From positions 65-64,064 of the forward strand of contig CAZWSG010000009.1 in the NCBI GenBank assembly GCA_964636595.1: a stretch of 64,000 nt of DNA, in the 5' to 3' direction. A program made the translations under genes and the position numbers. Below the pieces are notes generated by a model that searched no databases, was not told the DNA's origin, and worked only from the letters and a program-made list of their open reading frames with translations. Each line of letters starts with the position of its first letter. The first letter of the stretch is position 1. Source of the DNA: an uncultured Nitrosopumilaceae archaeon. Lineage in GTDB: Archaea > Thermoproteota > Nitrososphaeria > Nitrososphaerales > Nitrosopumilaceae. Shown one piece after another: positions 1 to 9,711 of the stretch.

Positions 1-237
1 CCAAAAATCAGAATACTTGGTAGCTACCTCACTTTCTGAAATTTTTTCTTTCTTTTTTTCTTCGCTTCGTAGCTGTTGATATGCCTCTGTTACTTTTTTG
101 AATCTCTCTCCGTTGATGTCATCCTTGTTCCTGTCTGGGTGATATTTCAAGGAAAGCTGTCTGTATGCATTTTTTATCTCCTTCTGGGATGCTCCTACTT
201 GGACGCCTAAGATCTGGTGGCAGTCTGCTGTGTTCAA
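1..237 (-). CDS. J-domain (DnaJ-like) protein, N-terminal part; the C-terminus runs off the window start
   Basis: Own translation of the minus strand from TTG at 235-237: LNTADCHQILGVQVGASQKEIKNAYRQLSLKYHPDRNKDDINGERFKKVTEAYQQL. This shows the HPD tripeptide between two helices typical of J domains. The frame is open to position 1. Confidence 0.6.
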   Translation of the reverse strand, partial: MNTADCHQILGVQVGASQKEIKNAYRQLSLKYHPDRNKDDINGERFKKVTEAYQQLRSEEKKKEKISESEVATKYSDFW

Positions 238-297
238 GTGTGATATGACATGGCATAAAGACCAAAATTAATTTGTCGGCACAATCTGTGTTTTTGC

Positions 298-1161
298 ATG
301 AATCAATCCGTTGTGATTACTGGGGCAAATGGCTTTGTAGGCAGAAATGTCGGCATGTTTCTTTCAAGGAATGGATTTTCTACAATAGGTCTTGTTCGTA
401 AAGGAAGAACTGTACCATTTGGAAAGACAATAACAACTGATACACTTTCTGAACCAAGCCTTGCATCAAAAGTCAAGAGTTCTGGTGCACTATTGCATTT
501 CATTGGACAGGGAAAACAAACAGTAGATTCTGAATATGGTTCCGTTAATGTGTCCCTTGCCAAAAATGCAGTTGCACTATGTAAAAAAGCAAAATTAAAA
601 AAAATAATTTACATCAGTGGCCTTGGAGTTGACAAATCTTCAACTCTTGGATATTTTATTTCAAAATACAAGGCAGAGCAGGAGATAATCCGCTCTGGAC
701 TTGACTATACAATTTTTCGGGCATCATATATCATAGGAAGAGATGATCCACTGTCCAAAAATTTGCAGCAACAGATGAAAAAAGGACAAATGATAATTCC
801 TGGTTCTGGAAATTATAGATTCCAACCAATCTTTGTAGATGATGTATCTCGTGTAATCATCAAGGCTATGTCAGACAAAAAATTCTCAAACAAGATAATT
901 GATCTGGTGGGACCTGAAGTGGTAAGCTATGGTACCTTTGTAAAAAAATTCTTGCATGGAAAGAAAATCAAGGTGAAAAAGATAGACTTTGAAAGTGTGT
1001 ATCATGATGCATTGCATAACAAGAGTTTGTTTGGCGTGGATGACCTTAGTATTATGGCGGGTGACTATGTTGGAAACCATAAAAAACTTGCTAGTCTTGT
1101 ATCTGTGAAATTTACAAAGTATGAGGAAATTCTACAACTAGACTCTGTTAAAATAGCCTAA
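298..1161 (+). CDS. NAD(P)-binding atypical SDR / NmrA-like epimerase-dehydratase family protein
   Basis: N-terminal Rossmann motif VVITGANGFVGRNVG and a YxxxK-like SKYKAE; 287 aa. Confidence 0.6.
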   Translation: MNQSVVITGANGFVGRNVGMFLSRNGFSTIGLVRKGRTVPFGKTITTDTLSEPSLASKVKSSGALLHFIGQGKQTVDSEYGSVNVSLAKNAVALCKKAKLKKIIYISGLGVDKSSTLGYFISKYKAEQEIIRSGLDYTIFRASYIIGRDDPLSKNLQQQMKKGQMIIPGSGNYRFQPIFVDDVSRVIIKAMSDKKFSNKIIDLVGPEVVSYGTFVKKFLHGKKIKVKKIDFESVYHDALHNKSLFGVDDLSIMAGDYVGNHKKLASLVSVKFTKYEEILQLDSVKIA

Positions 1162-1415
1162 AATGTACCTGGTCTGTTATTTTTCTATCTGTTGTCTCTG
1201 ACCTATCTAGTATGTGCCTAGAGCAAAAAGTAGACATATGATTTATTAAATTCTATGTGTAATTACAAACAGGAAATCATAATGACGCTTAAACTCAAAG
1301 AATCAAAAAATTCAGATTCTAATAGTAAAATCGAAGATGATTTGTTTCTTCAAAATATGAAACAGATAATGGATGAGAATCCTAAAATGTATTCTAAACT
1401 AGCCAAACTTTGATC

Positions 1416-1835
1416 TTAACTTCTGTTTTCCACTTTTCTGTTTAGGTATTCTTCTATTTCACTAAATATTGTAGGATCATCTTCAAATTTGTACATCGTT
1501 CTAATCAAAAGATCTATCAATTCATCTTCTTCTTGATCTGTTGATAATCTTAAATCAAATCCGTTTTTCTGTAAAAAATACTTGGTAACTATGATTGCTA
1601 TTGTTTTGTTTCCATTGTTGAATGGTTGTTGCCATGATATGCCTCCTAACACCGCTGTTGATTTTTTAATAATTCTTGTTCTTTGATCTTTAATATCATT
1701 AAACGAGTTAGCTTTTGAAAATACCCATTCTATTCTTTCATCATTTACTCCAAACGATTCATTTCTATGATTAACTATGTGTTTATTTCCAAGTATGATA
1801 CTGTTTATGAGTTCTTTAGAAAAATTCTCTGACAT
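1416..1835 (-). CDS. Fic/Doc (death-on-curing) family protein with degenerate active-site motif
   Basis: QQPFNNGNKTIA aligns to the Doc motif HxFx(D/N)(A/G)NKR, but with H to Q and R to T; 139 aa, typical Doc size. No upstream Phd-like partner. Confidence 0.5.
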   Translation of the reverse strand: MSENFSKELINSIILGNKHIVNHRNESFGVNDERIEWVFSKANSFNDIKDQRTRIIKKSTAVLGGISWQQPFNNGNKTIAIIVTKYFLQKNGFDLRLSTDQEEDELIDLLIRTMYKFEDDPTIFSEIEEYLNRKVENRS

Positions 1836-1912
1836 TTAGTATCTCTACATAATTATATTTTCATCTTTAAATAAGTGCCTAAATAATTCGAGTTGATTTT
1901 TGGGTTGTAAAT

Positions 1913-3076
1913 CTACAAGCCAGAGGCTTGTTTTAATACGCTGGCCTTGTCAGTCTTTTCCCAGCTAAATTCTGGTTCTGGTCTTCCAAAGTGACCGTAT
2001 GCTGCACTCTTTCTGTATATTGGATTCTTTAGTTTTAACTGGGAAATAATGGCAGAAGGACGCATGTCAAAGTGTTTTCTTACGATTTCTTCAATCTGTT
2101 CTTCTGGAATCTTGCCTGTGTCAAATGTATTGACAGTGAGTGAGACTGGTTCTGCAACTCCGATTGCATATGCGACTTGGACTTCACACTTGTCTGCAAG
2201 TCCTGCTGCAACTACGTTTTTAGCAATATATCTGCACATGTAGCATGCAGACCTATCTACCTTTGATGGGTCTTTTCCAGAAAATGCTCCACCTCCATGT
2301 CTTCCCATACCACCATATGTATCCACAATTATTTTTCTTCCAGTAAGTCCTGCATCTCCTGGTGGACCGCCTATGACAAATCTGCCTGTTGGGTTTATGT
2401 GAATTTTTATCTTGTCATTCCACAACTGACCGCAAACTGGTTTGATTACTTTATCAATAATCTGTTTTCTAATTTCTTCATTTGTTACATCTGGGGAATG
2501 TTGTGTTGAAATTACAATTGCATCTATGCGTTTTGGTTTTCCACCTTCGTACTCTACTGTAACCTGCGACTTGCCGTCTGGTCTTGCCCATGGAAGTTCT
2601 TTTTTCTTTCTTGCTTCTGCAAGACGTTTTGTAAGCTTGTGTGCAAGCAAGATTGGCATTGGCATCAAGTCTTCGGTTTCATTTGTTGCATATCCAAACA
2701 TGAGACCCTGGTCTCCTGCTCCTTGATCTTTGTTATCGTTGGCAGTAACTCCCATTGATATGTCTGGGCTTTGTGCATGAAGTGATACTAGAACGCTGCA
2801 TGATTCTGAATCAAAACCATATTCTGGATCGTCATATCCAATCTCTTTGATTGTTTTTCTAACTGTATCTTGAATGTCAAATCTTGCCTTTGAAGTAACC
2901 TCGCCTGCTACTACAACAACACCTGTGGTGGTCAATGTTTCCACTGCGACTCTAGAATCTGGATCTTGTTTTAGAAATTCATCCAAGATTGCATCAGATA
3001 TTTGATCACAAATCTTGTCTGGATGTCCCTCTGTAACTGATTCTGAAGTAAAAAGATAGCTTCTATGAGAGGCCAT
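1913..3076 (-). CDS. metK: S-adenosylmethionine synthetase (bacterial/eukaryotic MetK type)
   Basis: [34 protein letters not shown] and [16 protein letters not shown] are hallmark MetK motifs; 387 aa. Confidence 0.95.
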   Translation of the reverse strand: MASHRSYLFTSESVTEGHPDKICDQISDAILDEFLKQDPDSRVAVETLTTTGVVVVAGEVTSKARFDIQDTVRKTIKEIGYDDPEYGFDSESCSVLVSLHAQSPDISMGVTANDNKDQGAGDQGLMFGYATNETEDLMPMPILLAHKLTKRLAEARKKKELPWARPDGKSQVTVEYEGGKPKRIDAIVISTQHSPDVTNEEIRKQIIDKVIKPVCGQLWNDKIKIHINPTGRFVIGGPPGDAGLTGRKIIVDTYGGMGRHGGGAFSGKDPSKVDRSACYMCRYIAKNVVAAGLADKCEVQVAYAIGVAEPVSLTVNTFDTGKIPEEQIEEIVRKHFDMRPSAIISQLKLKNPIYRKSAAYGHFGRPEPEFSWEKTDKASVLKQASGL

Positions 3077-3087
3077 GATAAAATTTC

Positions 3088-3333
3088 CTATAAATCGTTC
3101 TCTAATTTAATGAAAAGTACGTTGTTTCCTCTTACAATGACTCTTCCATAATTTGCAATTATTTTTCCATTGCTGATTTCTTCTGCATCTGTCATGATTA
3201 AATTCATGTATGAATCAACATTGTTCATCTTACCTTTGTATTCGATTTCACTTTTTAGTCGAACTGTAACTTTTTTGTTAATGCCTTTTTGCAGTGTTGT
3301 TAAAGGTCTTTTTGGAGTTGCTGCTTGTGACAA
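3088..3333 (-). CDS. Sm-like (LSm / SmAP) RNA-binding protein
   Basis: Sm1/Sm2 pattern: [33 protein letters not shown] ... [13 protein letters not shown]; 81 aa. Confidence 0.85.
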   Translation of the reverse strand: MSQAATPKRPLTTLQKGINKKVTVRLKSEIEYKGKMNNVDSYMNLIMTDAEEISNGKIIANYGRVIVRGNNVLFIKLENDL

Positions 3334-3534
3334 TCACAATTCACTTGTTTGCACTGCTTGAAATAGGGAATAAAAGGGTTCTGTTAATGTTAAATTAGCA
3401 AGATGTGGTGTACTACTAGAGTTCTGTTAACACTAGTTAATCTAGAAATCTTCTGATCGTCTAAAGGTGATAACAGCATTTTCTTCCCTATCATGACTTA
3501 TACTCTACAATTTGTGATAACTCTTTGATTAAAC

Positions 3535-4206
3535 TTGATTTCCACTGGTATTTTGGGACTAGATGATCTTTTGGGTGGTGGTATTGCATCTGGTACGATA
3601 ATCGATATTTTTGGACCCGGAGGTAGTGGTAAAACACAACTTGCAATGCAAATTTCTCTAAATTCATTGCAAGACGGCACTGTGCTATACCTAGATGCTA
3701 CTGGTGAATTCAGTAGATCAAAAAGAATGCTACAGCTAATCAAGTCGAAAAACTTGGAGTCCTCACTTCTTGATGATGTCATTGTGGCACGGATGAGAAA
3801 TGTTTCCGAACAACTAGAATATGTCAAAAAAATATCTGAGCTTAGACCAAATCTTGTTGTAATAGACAACATAACAGACTTGTTTGTATTCGAGTATGAC
3901 CAGACAGTCAATATGCTTGAAAAACATCTTAGATTTATGGAATACATGCATGAGCTTAGCCTGACAGCAATTAACACCAAGGTTCCTGTAATTGTAACCA
4001 ACATGGTGCGAAACATGGATGGAATGGAGATTGAAAGCTTGAACAAATCAATTAGCATGTTTACCCACAAAAAGATAAAACTTGAAAAACTTGAAAACGA
4101 TGAAAAAGATGAAAAAGTGTTCAAGGCCCAAGTGTTTCCATCATTTGGAAAAAGAAAAGAGATCCTGTATACTATGACTGAGGCAGGACTTGTGGAATTA
4201 CCTTAA
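3535..4206 (+). CDS. RecA-superfamily ATPase, RadA paralogue (RadB/aRadC-like)
   Basis: ISTGILGLDDLLGGGIASGTIIDIFGPGGSGKTQLAMQ (Walker A) and a Walker B-like LVVIDNITDL. TTG start; an in-frame TGA lies immediately upstream at 3526-3528. Confidence 0.7.
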   Translation: MISTGILGLDDLLGGGIASGTIIDIFGPGGSGKTQLAMQISLNSLQDGTVLYLDATGEFSRSKRMLQLIKSKNLESSLLDDVIVARMRNVSEQLEYVKKISELRPNLVVIDNITDLFVFEYDQTVNMLEKHLRFMEYMHELSLTAINTKVPVIVTNMVRNMDGMEIESLNKSISMFTHKKIKLEKLENDEKDEKVFKAQVFPSFGKRKEILYTMTEAGLVELP

Positions 4207-4239
4207 CCTATTTATCACTCTGGTGACACCAAAAACTGT

Positions 4240-4365
4240 ATGGCAGGAATTTTTGACTATATACCAATCATCACTGCTGTCCTACTTGGTATTGGTTTAG
4301 TTGGTGTAATAGTATACGAACGATCTAGAACAAGACAAAGCAAAGAACCAGAATCTACCGCTTGA
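4240..4365 (+). CDS. possible 41-aa single-pass membrane peptide
   Basis: ATG ORF MAGIFDYIPIITAVLLGIGLVGVIVYERSRTRQSKEPESTA, with one hydrophobic helix followed by a basic tail. Below the track length cut-off; no other support. Confidence 0.25.
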   Translation: MAGIFDYIPIITAVLLGIGLVGVIVYERSRTRQSKEPESTA

Positions 4366-4432
4366 GCTAGAAGAAAAGTTTCGTAATCTTGGTTTTGAAC
4401 ACCTGACCGAGATACAGCAAAAGGCCGTTCCT

Positions 4433-7060
4433 GTGATATTTCAAAAACTTGATTCTCTAGTGGTTGCTCCAACTGGCTCTGGCAAAACAGAGACTGCAGT
4501 AATTCCAATATTTTCCAGAGTTGCACGCTCTAGAAAAAAAGACAAGATCAAGGTACTGTACATCACTCCTCTTCGTGCACTAAACAGAGATGTTTTCAAG
4601 AGAATTATCAAATACGCTGAAAACGAGGGACTACGAATTGAGGTGCGACATGGAGATACATCACAGACAATGAGAAAAAAGATAAACCTGTCCCCGCCTG
4701 ACATTTTGATAACTACCCCTGAGACTCTGATAATACTTCTTACACAGCCTGTAATGTTGCAAGCCCTTGATGAAATTGAATGGATGGTAATAGATGAGGT
4801 CCATGAGCTATTGGGAAATGAAAGGGGGGCACAGCTCTCACTTAGCCTTGAAAGACTCCAGGCAAATACAAAATATCCCATAACAAGAATAGGTTTGTCT
4901 GCAACTGTAGGAAACACTGCAGAGGCTGCCAAGTTTGTGACTGGCACAAAAAGAAAATGCAAGATAATTGAGGACCACTCGATTCGAAAATATGATGTCG
5001 AAGTAAGATACATCGAGGGTACCATTACTGACGTAGTGGACAATGTCATTGAATATGTAACAAAAAATTATCCATCGTCTCCTGTCTTGTTGTTTACAAA
5101 TACTCGAGGAGAGTCAGAGTATATCGCATCAGTACTAAAGGAGCGCTCTAGCATTACAATCGATCTTCACCACGGTTCTCTCTCACAACAAGTTCGTGAA
5201 GAGACTGAAGACACACTGCGAGCTGGAAAACCTGGAATAGTTGTGTGTACATCTTCACTTGAGCTAGGCCTTGACATTGGCTCTGTGGAACTTGTAATTC
5301 ATTATGGCTCCCCAAGACAAGTTTCAAAACTCATGCAAAGAATTGGTAGAAGTAGGCATACGCGTGGGTCTTCTGCAAAGGGTCTGATTGTTACAAACAA
5401 TCCTGATGATGAAATTGAGGCGCTTGCAATCCTGGAGCGTGTCAAGGAAAAATCAATTGAGGATCAAATAGTCCACGATGGTGCACTAGATGTTCTTGCA
5501 CACCACTTGGTTGGGATGAGCATGCAGTTTGGCAAGGTGTCACTTGACTTGGCACTTGATATGATAAAGCAAGCATATTCATTTCGAAATGTATCCATTG
5601 AAGAACTCATCGAAGTGCTTGAGGTTTTGCACAATGGCAATATTGTATTCCTAGATAAAGACGAGATGGCCTTTACAAAAAGAGGTCGCTCGTTTAGATA
5701 TCACTTTGAGAATCTTTCTACCATTCCAGACATTTTAAAATTCAAAGTATTTGATACTGCCTCTAAAAAAATAATCGGAAGCCTAGACCAGAGATTTGTG
5801 GGAGACAATGGGGAACAAGGCAGTGTCTTTGTGCTGCGGGGAATGCAATGGAGAATACTAAACGTTGATGACAGTTCACTGAAGGTAAATGTAGAGCCAA
5901 TCCAGTCTGCTGGAATAAACGTTCCATACTGGGAGGGTGAGAACATTCCAGTTGATTATACCACTGCAAAAAAAGTTGGCATGGTTAGAACCAAGACAAT
6001 TGTTACACCTTTCACAAATAAGGTAATTGACAACCTAAAGCTTGGGATAATTCCTGATGAGAAAAACATTGTAGTTGAATCACAAAGGGTGCGAAATACT
6101 CTGGTGCTGCATTCTTGTTTTGGAACAAGAATAAACTCTACACTTGCAATGCTGCTTTCTGCAATGATCTCTGCAAAGAGTGGATATCTTGTGGACTCGC
6201 GGTCTGATGCATATAGGATCATGTTGTCATCAAACGGAAGAATCCTGGAACAATCTGTGCGTGATGTTATAGCAGACGAATATGACTTGCAGGATATAGT
6301 CCAGGCCTCGCTTGCAGGAACACACAATGTCAACTGGAGAACATGGTGTGTTGCAAAAAAATTTGGAATCGTCGGAAGAGAAGCAGTCTATGACAGAAAA
6401 TCTGCAAGATTCTTGTATGAAAAATATTCAAAGACTGCACTTGCAAAAGAGGCACTACGGGAGCTGTATCATGACAAGTATGACTTGGAAAATACTTCAC
6501 AACTGTTACAAAACATCAAGGCAGGGCAGGTCAAAGTATCCTGGGTTGAAGTCGAGGGCTTTTCAAAACTTGCTGAACCCATACTTGACCATACAACAAA
6601 ATACTATGCATCTCCTGCAAACATGGACAAGGGAATACTTGACTTGGTAAAAACAAGGCTGATGAAGACACGACACAGATTGGTTTGTGTACGATGTGGC
6701 AAGTGGGAAAAAGTAGTAGAAACTGGTCAGGTAAATGATATTCCATCATGTCCATACTGCAAGTCTAGGCAGATCTCTGCAACATTTTACACTGACTATG
6801 ACCTGCCAAAAATAGTGCAAAAAAAGATTGCAGGAAAAAAGATAACAACTGAAGAAAACCACAAGTTTTCTCGGGCCTGGAAGGTGTCATCGCTTCTTGC
6901 AAACTTTGGCAAGACTGCACTTGTTGTGATATCGGGATATGGTGTGGGTGCAGACACTGCAGCAAGAATATTGCGAAACATGGTGGGAGAAGAAGAACTC
7001 TACAAGCAAATTTACGAGGCAGAAAGACAATATGTCACAACACGGGGATTCTGGGACTAG
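4433..7060 (+). CDS. Lhr-type DEAD/DEAH-box ATP-dependent helicase with C-terminal zinc ribbon; the true start is probably upstream of 4433
   Basis: Motif I APTGSGKTE, motif II DEVHEL, motif VI QRIGRSRH, C-terminal CVRCGK...CPYCKS. The frame is open from 4313 and encodes the Q-motif-like LEEKFRNLGFEHLTEIQQKAVP before the first canonical start (GTG 4433). Confidence 0.85.
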   Translation: MIFQKLDSLVVAPTGSGKTETAVIPIFSRVARSRKKDKIKVLYITPLRALNRDVFKRIIKYAENEGLRIEVRHGDTSQTMRKKINLSPPDILITTPETLIILLTQPVMLQALDEIEWMVIDEVHELLGNERGAQLSLSLERLQANTKYPITRIGLSATVGNTAEAAKFVTGTKRKCKIIEDHSIRKYDVEVRYIEGTITDVVDNVIEYVTKNYPSSPVLLFTNTRGESEYIASVLKERSSITIDLHHGSLSQQVREETEDTLRAGKPGIVVCTSSLELGLDIGSVELVIHYGSPRQVSKLMQRIGRSRHTRGSSAKGLIVTNNPDDEIEALAILERVKEKSIEDQIVHDGALDVLAHHLVGMSMQFGKVSLDLALDMIKQAYSFRNVSIEELIEVLEVLHNGNIVFLDKDEMAFTKRGRSFRYHFENLSTIPDILKFKVFDTASKKIIGSLDQRFVGDNGEQGSVFVLRGMQWRILNVDDSSLKVNVEPIQSAGINVPYWEGENIPVDYTTAKKVGMVRTKTIVTPFTNKVIDNLKLGIIPDEKNIVVESQRVRNTLVLHSCFGTRINSTLAMLLSAMISAKSGYLVDSRSDAYRIMLSSNGRILEQSVRDVIADEYDLQDIVQASLAGTHNVNWRTWCVAKKFGIVGREAVYDRKSARFLYEKYSKTALAKEALRELYHDKYDLENTSQLLQNIKAGQVKVSWVEVEGFSKLAEPILDHTTKYYASPANMDKGILDLVKTRLMKTRHRLVCVRCGKWEKVVETGQVNDIPSCPYCKSRQISATFYTDYDLPKIVQKKIAGKKITTEENHKFSRAWKVSSLLANFGKTALVVISGYGVGADTAARILRNMVGEEELYKQIYEAERQYVTTRGFWD

Positions 7061-8454
7061 TTCTTTCGTGTAATTACTGAATATGCAGACAAGAACAACT
7101 CTGTTCTGCCCTCAAGGCCTGCCTTGGCATTTACTGCAGTAACTGAAATTATCTCCCCTTGGGTGAATTGTTCCAACAGTCTTGCCTGTGATCTCCAACC
7201 CTTGAGCCAAATCTGTCCAGTGTCATCCTCGATGTATGTCTCAGAAAGCAATACTGTTTCACCAGTCTTTGTTTGGATCTCGCGTTTTTCTGGAGATTTT
7301 AGAATTATTGCCTCGATGCAATATGGCGTCTCGGCAGGTTTTATCTCCTTTATTTTTGTCCTAATTTCTTGTAACGTTGGAAGACCTGTATCATCTATCT
7401 TTCTTACAAATGAATCATTTTCTAACATGATTGATTTTCCATAAACTTTTGATGGCATGCATTCGATTACATCTCCTAACAAAAGATCTTTTGTAACAAG
7501 TGCTGCATCTGAAATGCTTACAAGTTTCTTGTCCTGTGTTGTGCCGAGAATCAATGTATTTCCTGAATCGCTTTTTGTCATGGATAAAATTCTGATAATA
7601 ACTGGTTGAATCTCTGTTGCTCCCTCTATTTCTAATACTGTACCCTCATCACCGTGAAGCTCAAGTCCCATCTGGCCAACCTTTGTCTTGACTCCAATCA
7701 ATCTTGTCTTTGCTCCTGTTGTGACAACCTTTGGTACTGTGCTTTCGTCCTTGTTCCACAGTACAACTCGCATTATGTTTCCATCTTTTCCTTTTAGTCT
7801 AAGCTGCAATGATTTTCCTGGCTCGCCCTTGAAGTTTGTAAACTCTGAGGTTCGCAAGTTGCCGTCAAGAATTCCTGTAACTACTAAATTTTGTTGATTC
7901 TCTTTTACGTTGCTAACATCGTCTGTGATATCATCAAGTGATGGTATTGTACTAGTGGTACCATTTGGTTCAACGTTAGAGCCTGAACCCACATTGATTA
8001 TTGGGTTTCCCTTCATGTCTGCCTTGACATAGGCCTTGATTATCTTGACCAGGTCGCCTGGCTTGAGATTCTCAATTCCTGGCAAGTTTGCCTTTTCATC
8101 CCACAACTTGACCTGTGCCCTTGAATCACCGTCATATACTGTCATGGTACGCAAGAGAAACTGGGAACCGTCCTTGCGGGAAAACTGTTTTACTGGATAA
8201 ACGTTCATCACTCTGGTTGCTAATGTGATCTCTTTTGCACCTACATAGAGGTCCTTGAGGCCCATCTCTACCTTCAATGGCTCACTTAGTGACACACCCA
8301 AGTCTGATGATATTAAAAACAGTGCTCCTTGGTCTGTAAGGTATCCAGCACCGATCTTTTCTTTCTTTCTTAGAATCATTTCATCTATCTGTGCCTTGGT
8401 AAGATCTGGTCTTTGTTCCAAAAGTTTACTCAACAATGAATCAAATTCTGACAA
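7057..8454 (-). CDS. RPA-like single-stranded DNA-binding protein with several OB folds
   Basis: Three or more repeats of the archaeal RPA OB pattern: FSRKDGSQFLLRTMTVYDGDSRAQVKLWDEKA, FKGEPGKSLQLRLKGKDGNIMRVVLWNKDE, TKTGETVLLSETYIEDDTGQIWLKGWRSQA. Confidence 0.65.
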   Translation of the reverse strand: MSEFDSLLSKLLEQRPDLTKAQIDEMILRKKEKIGAGYLTDQGALFLISSDLGVSLSEPLKVEMGLKDLYVGAKEITLATRVMNVYPVKQFSRKDGSQFLLRTMTVYDGDSRAQVKLWDEKANLPGIENLKPGDLVKIIKAYVKADMKGNPIINVGSGSNVEPNGTTSTIPSLDDITDDVSNVKENQQNLVVTGILDGNLRTSEFTNFKGEPGKSLQLRLKGKDGNIMRVVLWNKDESTVPKVVTTGAKTRLIGVKTKVGQMGLELHGDEGTVLEIEGATEIQPVIIRILSMTKSDSGNTLILGTTQDKKLVSISDAALVTKDLLLGDVIECMPSKVYGKSIMLENDSFVRKIDDTGLPTLQEIRTKIKEIKPAETPYCIEAIILKSPEKREIQTKTGETVLLSETYIEDDTGQIWLKGWRSQARLLEQFTQGEIISVTAVNAKAGLEGRTELFLSAYSVITRKN

Positions 8455-8752
8455 CGGAAACCTGATGGCAAGTGTATGATATAAAAATTGTTTTAGAACA
8501 GCGATCTAATTTTTTGATTCTTTTGTACCATGATTTGGAATACACTGATTGTATTTGTAACAAAGGCCAACAAACTTTGATTGTATTTAATGCCACGATT
8601 CTCATGGTTTTCTTCAAGTCTCACAAGTTAAAATTACATTCACTAGACAAACCTTATGTCTGAGAAAATTATCTAAAAATACGATTGAATTTGAGATTTA
8701 ATGTAAGCAAGGGTAAATTTATAAACATAATATGCGTATATGACAACATAAG

Positions 8753-8804
8753 GTCAGCGTTGTCCTGCAGGACTTAGGTCTGAAGCGGGGTAAACAATGC
8801 TGAC
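8753..8804. ncRNA. candidate small structured RNA or regulatory hairpin (GC-rich island in an AT-rich spacer)
   Basis: GTCAGCGTTG ... CAATGCTGAC forms a 10-bp closing stem (one G-U) around an inner palindrome TCCTGCAGGA. It lies 16 nt upstream of the NYN gene start. No family recognised. Confidence 0.25.
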
Positions 8805-8819
8805 ATTTTTCATATATCT

Positions 8820-9335
8820 ATGAATTCTGCTATATTCATTGATGCAGGTTATCTCTTAAGAGTTTTAAAAGAGATTGATAAAAAGATCAATCTCCTGAAA
8901 TTATCTAGTGAGCTAGCGGTTGGAACAAATCGGATTAAAACTATTTTTTATGACTCACTACCAATCATGGGAACTCCTGAAGGCGATTCACTCTACGCAA
9001 AAAGACAAAGACTACATAGTGTGATTAGACATCTCCCAAATTTTGAAGTAAAATTAGGTAGATTGCGAAAACGAAATGGTATATTTGTACAAAAAGGAGT
9101 GGATATGAGACTTGGGATAGATCTTGTACAAATGTGCATGAAAAAAGAGATCAATATGGCAATTCTCATAACTGCTGACAGTGATTTTGAATATGCAGTA
9201 GAAAAGGCTCAGGAATCTGGTGTCAAAGTAACTCTTGCATATTTTCCTATTTCAAAACTAAGTTCTACATTTCTAAAAAGTGTAGATAAAAAAATTCTTT
9301 TGACTGATGATTTACTAAACAGATGTAAATTGTAA
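8820..9335 (+). CDS. NYN / LabA-like (PIN-related) domain protein
   Basis: AIFIDAGYL ... GVDMRLGIDLV ... AILITADSDFEYAVEKAQESG matches the conserved acidic NYN/LabA motifs. Confidence 0.7.
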   Translation: MNSAIFIDAGYLLRVLKEIDKKINLLKLSSELAVGTNRIKTIFYDSLPIMGTPEGDSLYAKRQRLHSVIRHLPNFEVKLGRLRKRNGIFVQKGVDMRLGIDLVQMCMKKEINMAILITADSDFEYAVEKAQESGVKVTLAYFPISKLSSTFLKSVDKKILLTDDLLNRCKL

Positions 9336-9711
9336 TTTTTTCAACTTAAACCATACATATTTTCGGTAATTGGATAATTTCTAACAAAAAATAGGCATCT
9401 TGAATGATATTTTCGGAAATAGAAAAGTTATGATACGTCAGAATGGAGTCTGTTGAATCTATATTCTGAACCTGATGGAAATCCTGTGTGGATAACTAAA
9501 TCATGCTCCCAAAAAAGGGATTTATGCAACAATCTTGTAATAAGTAAATATGTCTAATGTCAAAAAAGAATGGAATAGTATATTTCAGAATGTAGACAAA
9601 AAGATCTTGAAATTAAACGAAAATAATATTACATCAGAAATCAAGGCATACAGAAAGATAAAGAACAAAGTACTAAGATTATAAAATCACAGAATTTCAG
9701 TAGATAAATTA

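Noticed and set aside
1282-1413. 43-aa ORF as a Phd-like antitoxin for the Doc protein
   Set aside because: It is convergent with Doc rather than upstream in the same operon, and it has no recognisable motif.
3498-4124. 208-aa minus-strand ORF with an FSSFSSFSS start
   Set aside because: It lies entirely antisense to the well-supported RadA-paralogue gene and has a low-complexity N-terminus, so it is a shadow ORF.
4441-5049. 202-aa minus-strand ORF, plus several 60-125-aa ORFs between 5.7 and 7.0 kb
   Set aside because: All are antisense to, or out of frame within, the Lhr helicase gene, and none has a motif.
8472-8663. 63-aa ORF in the RPA/NYN spacer
   Set aside because: No motif, odd composition, and it lies in a divergent promoter region.
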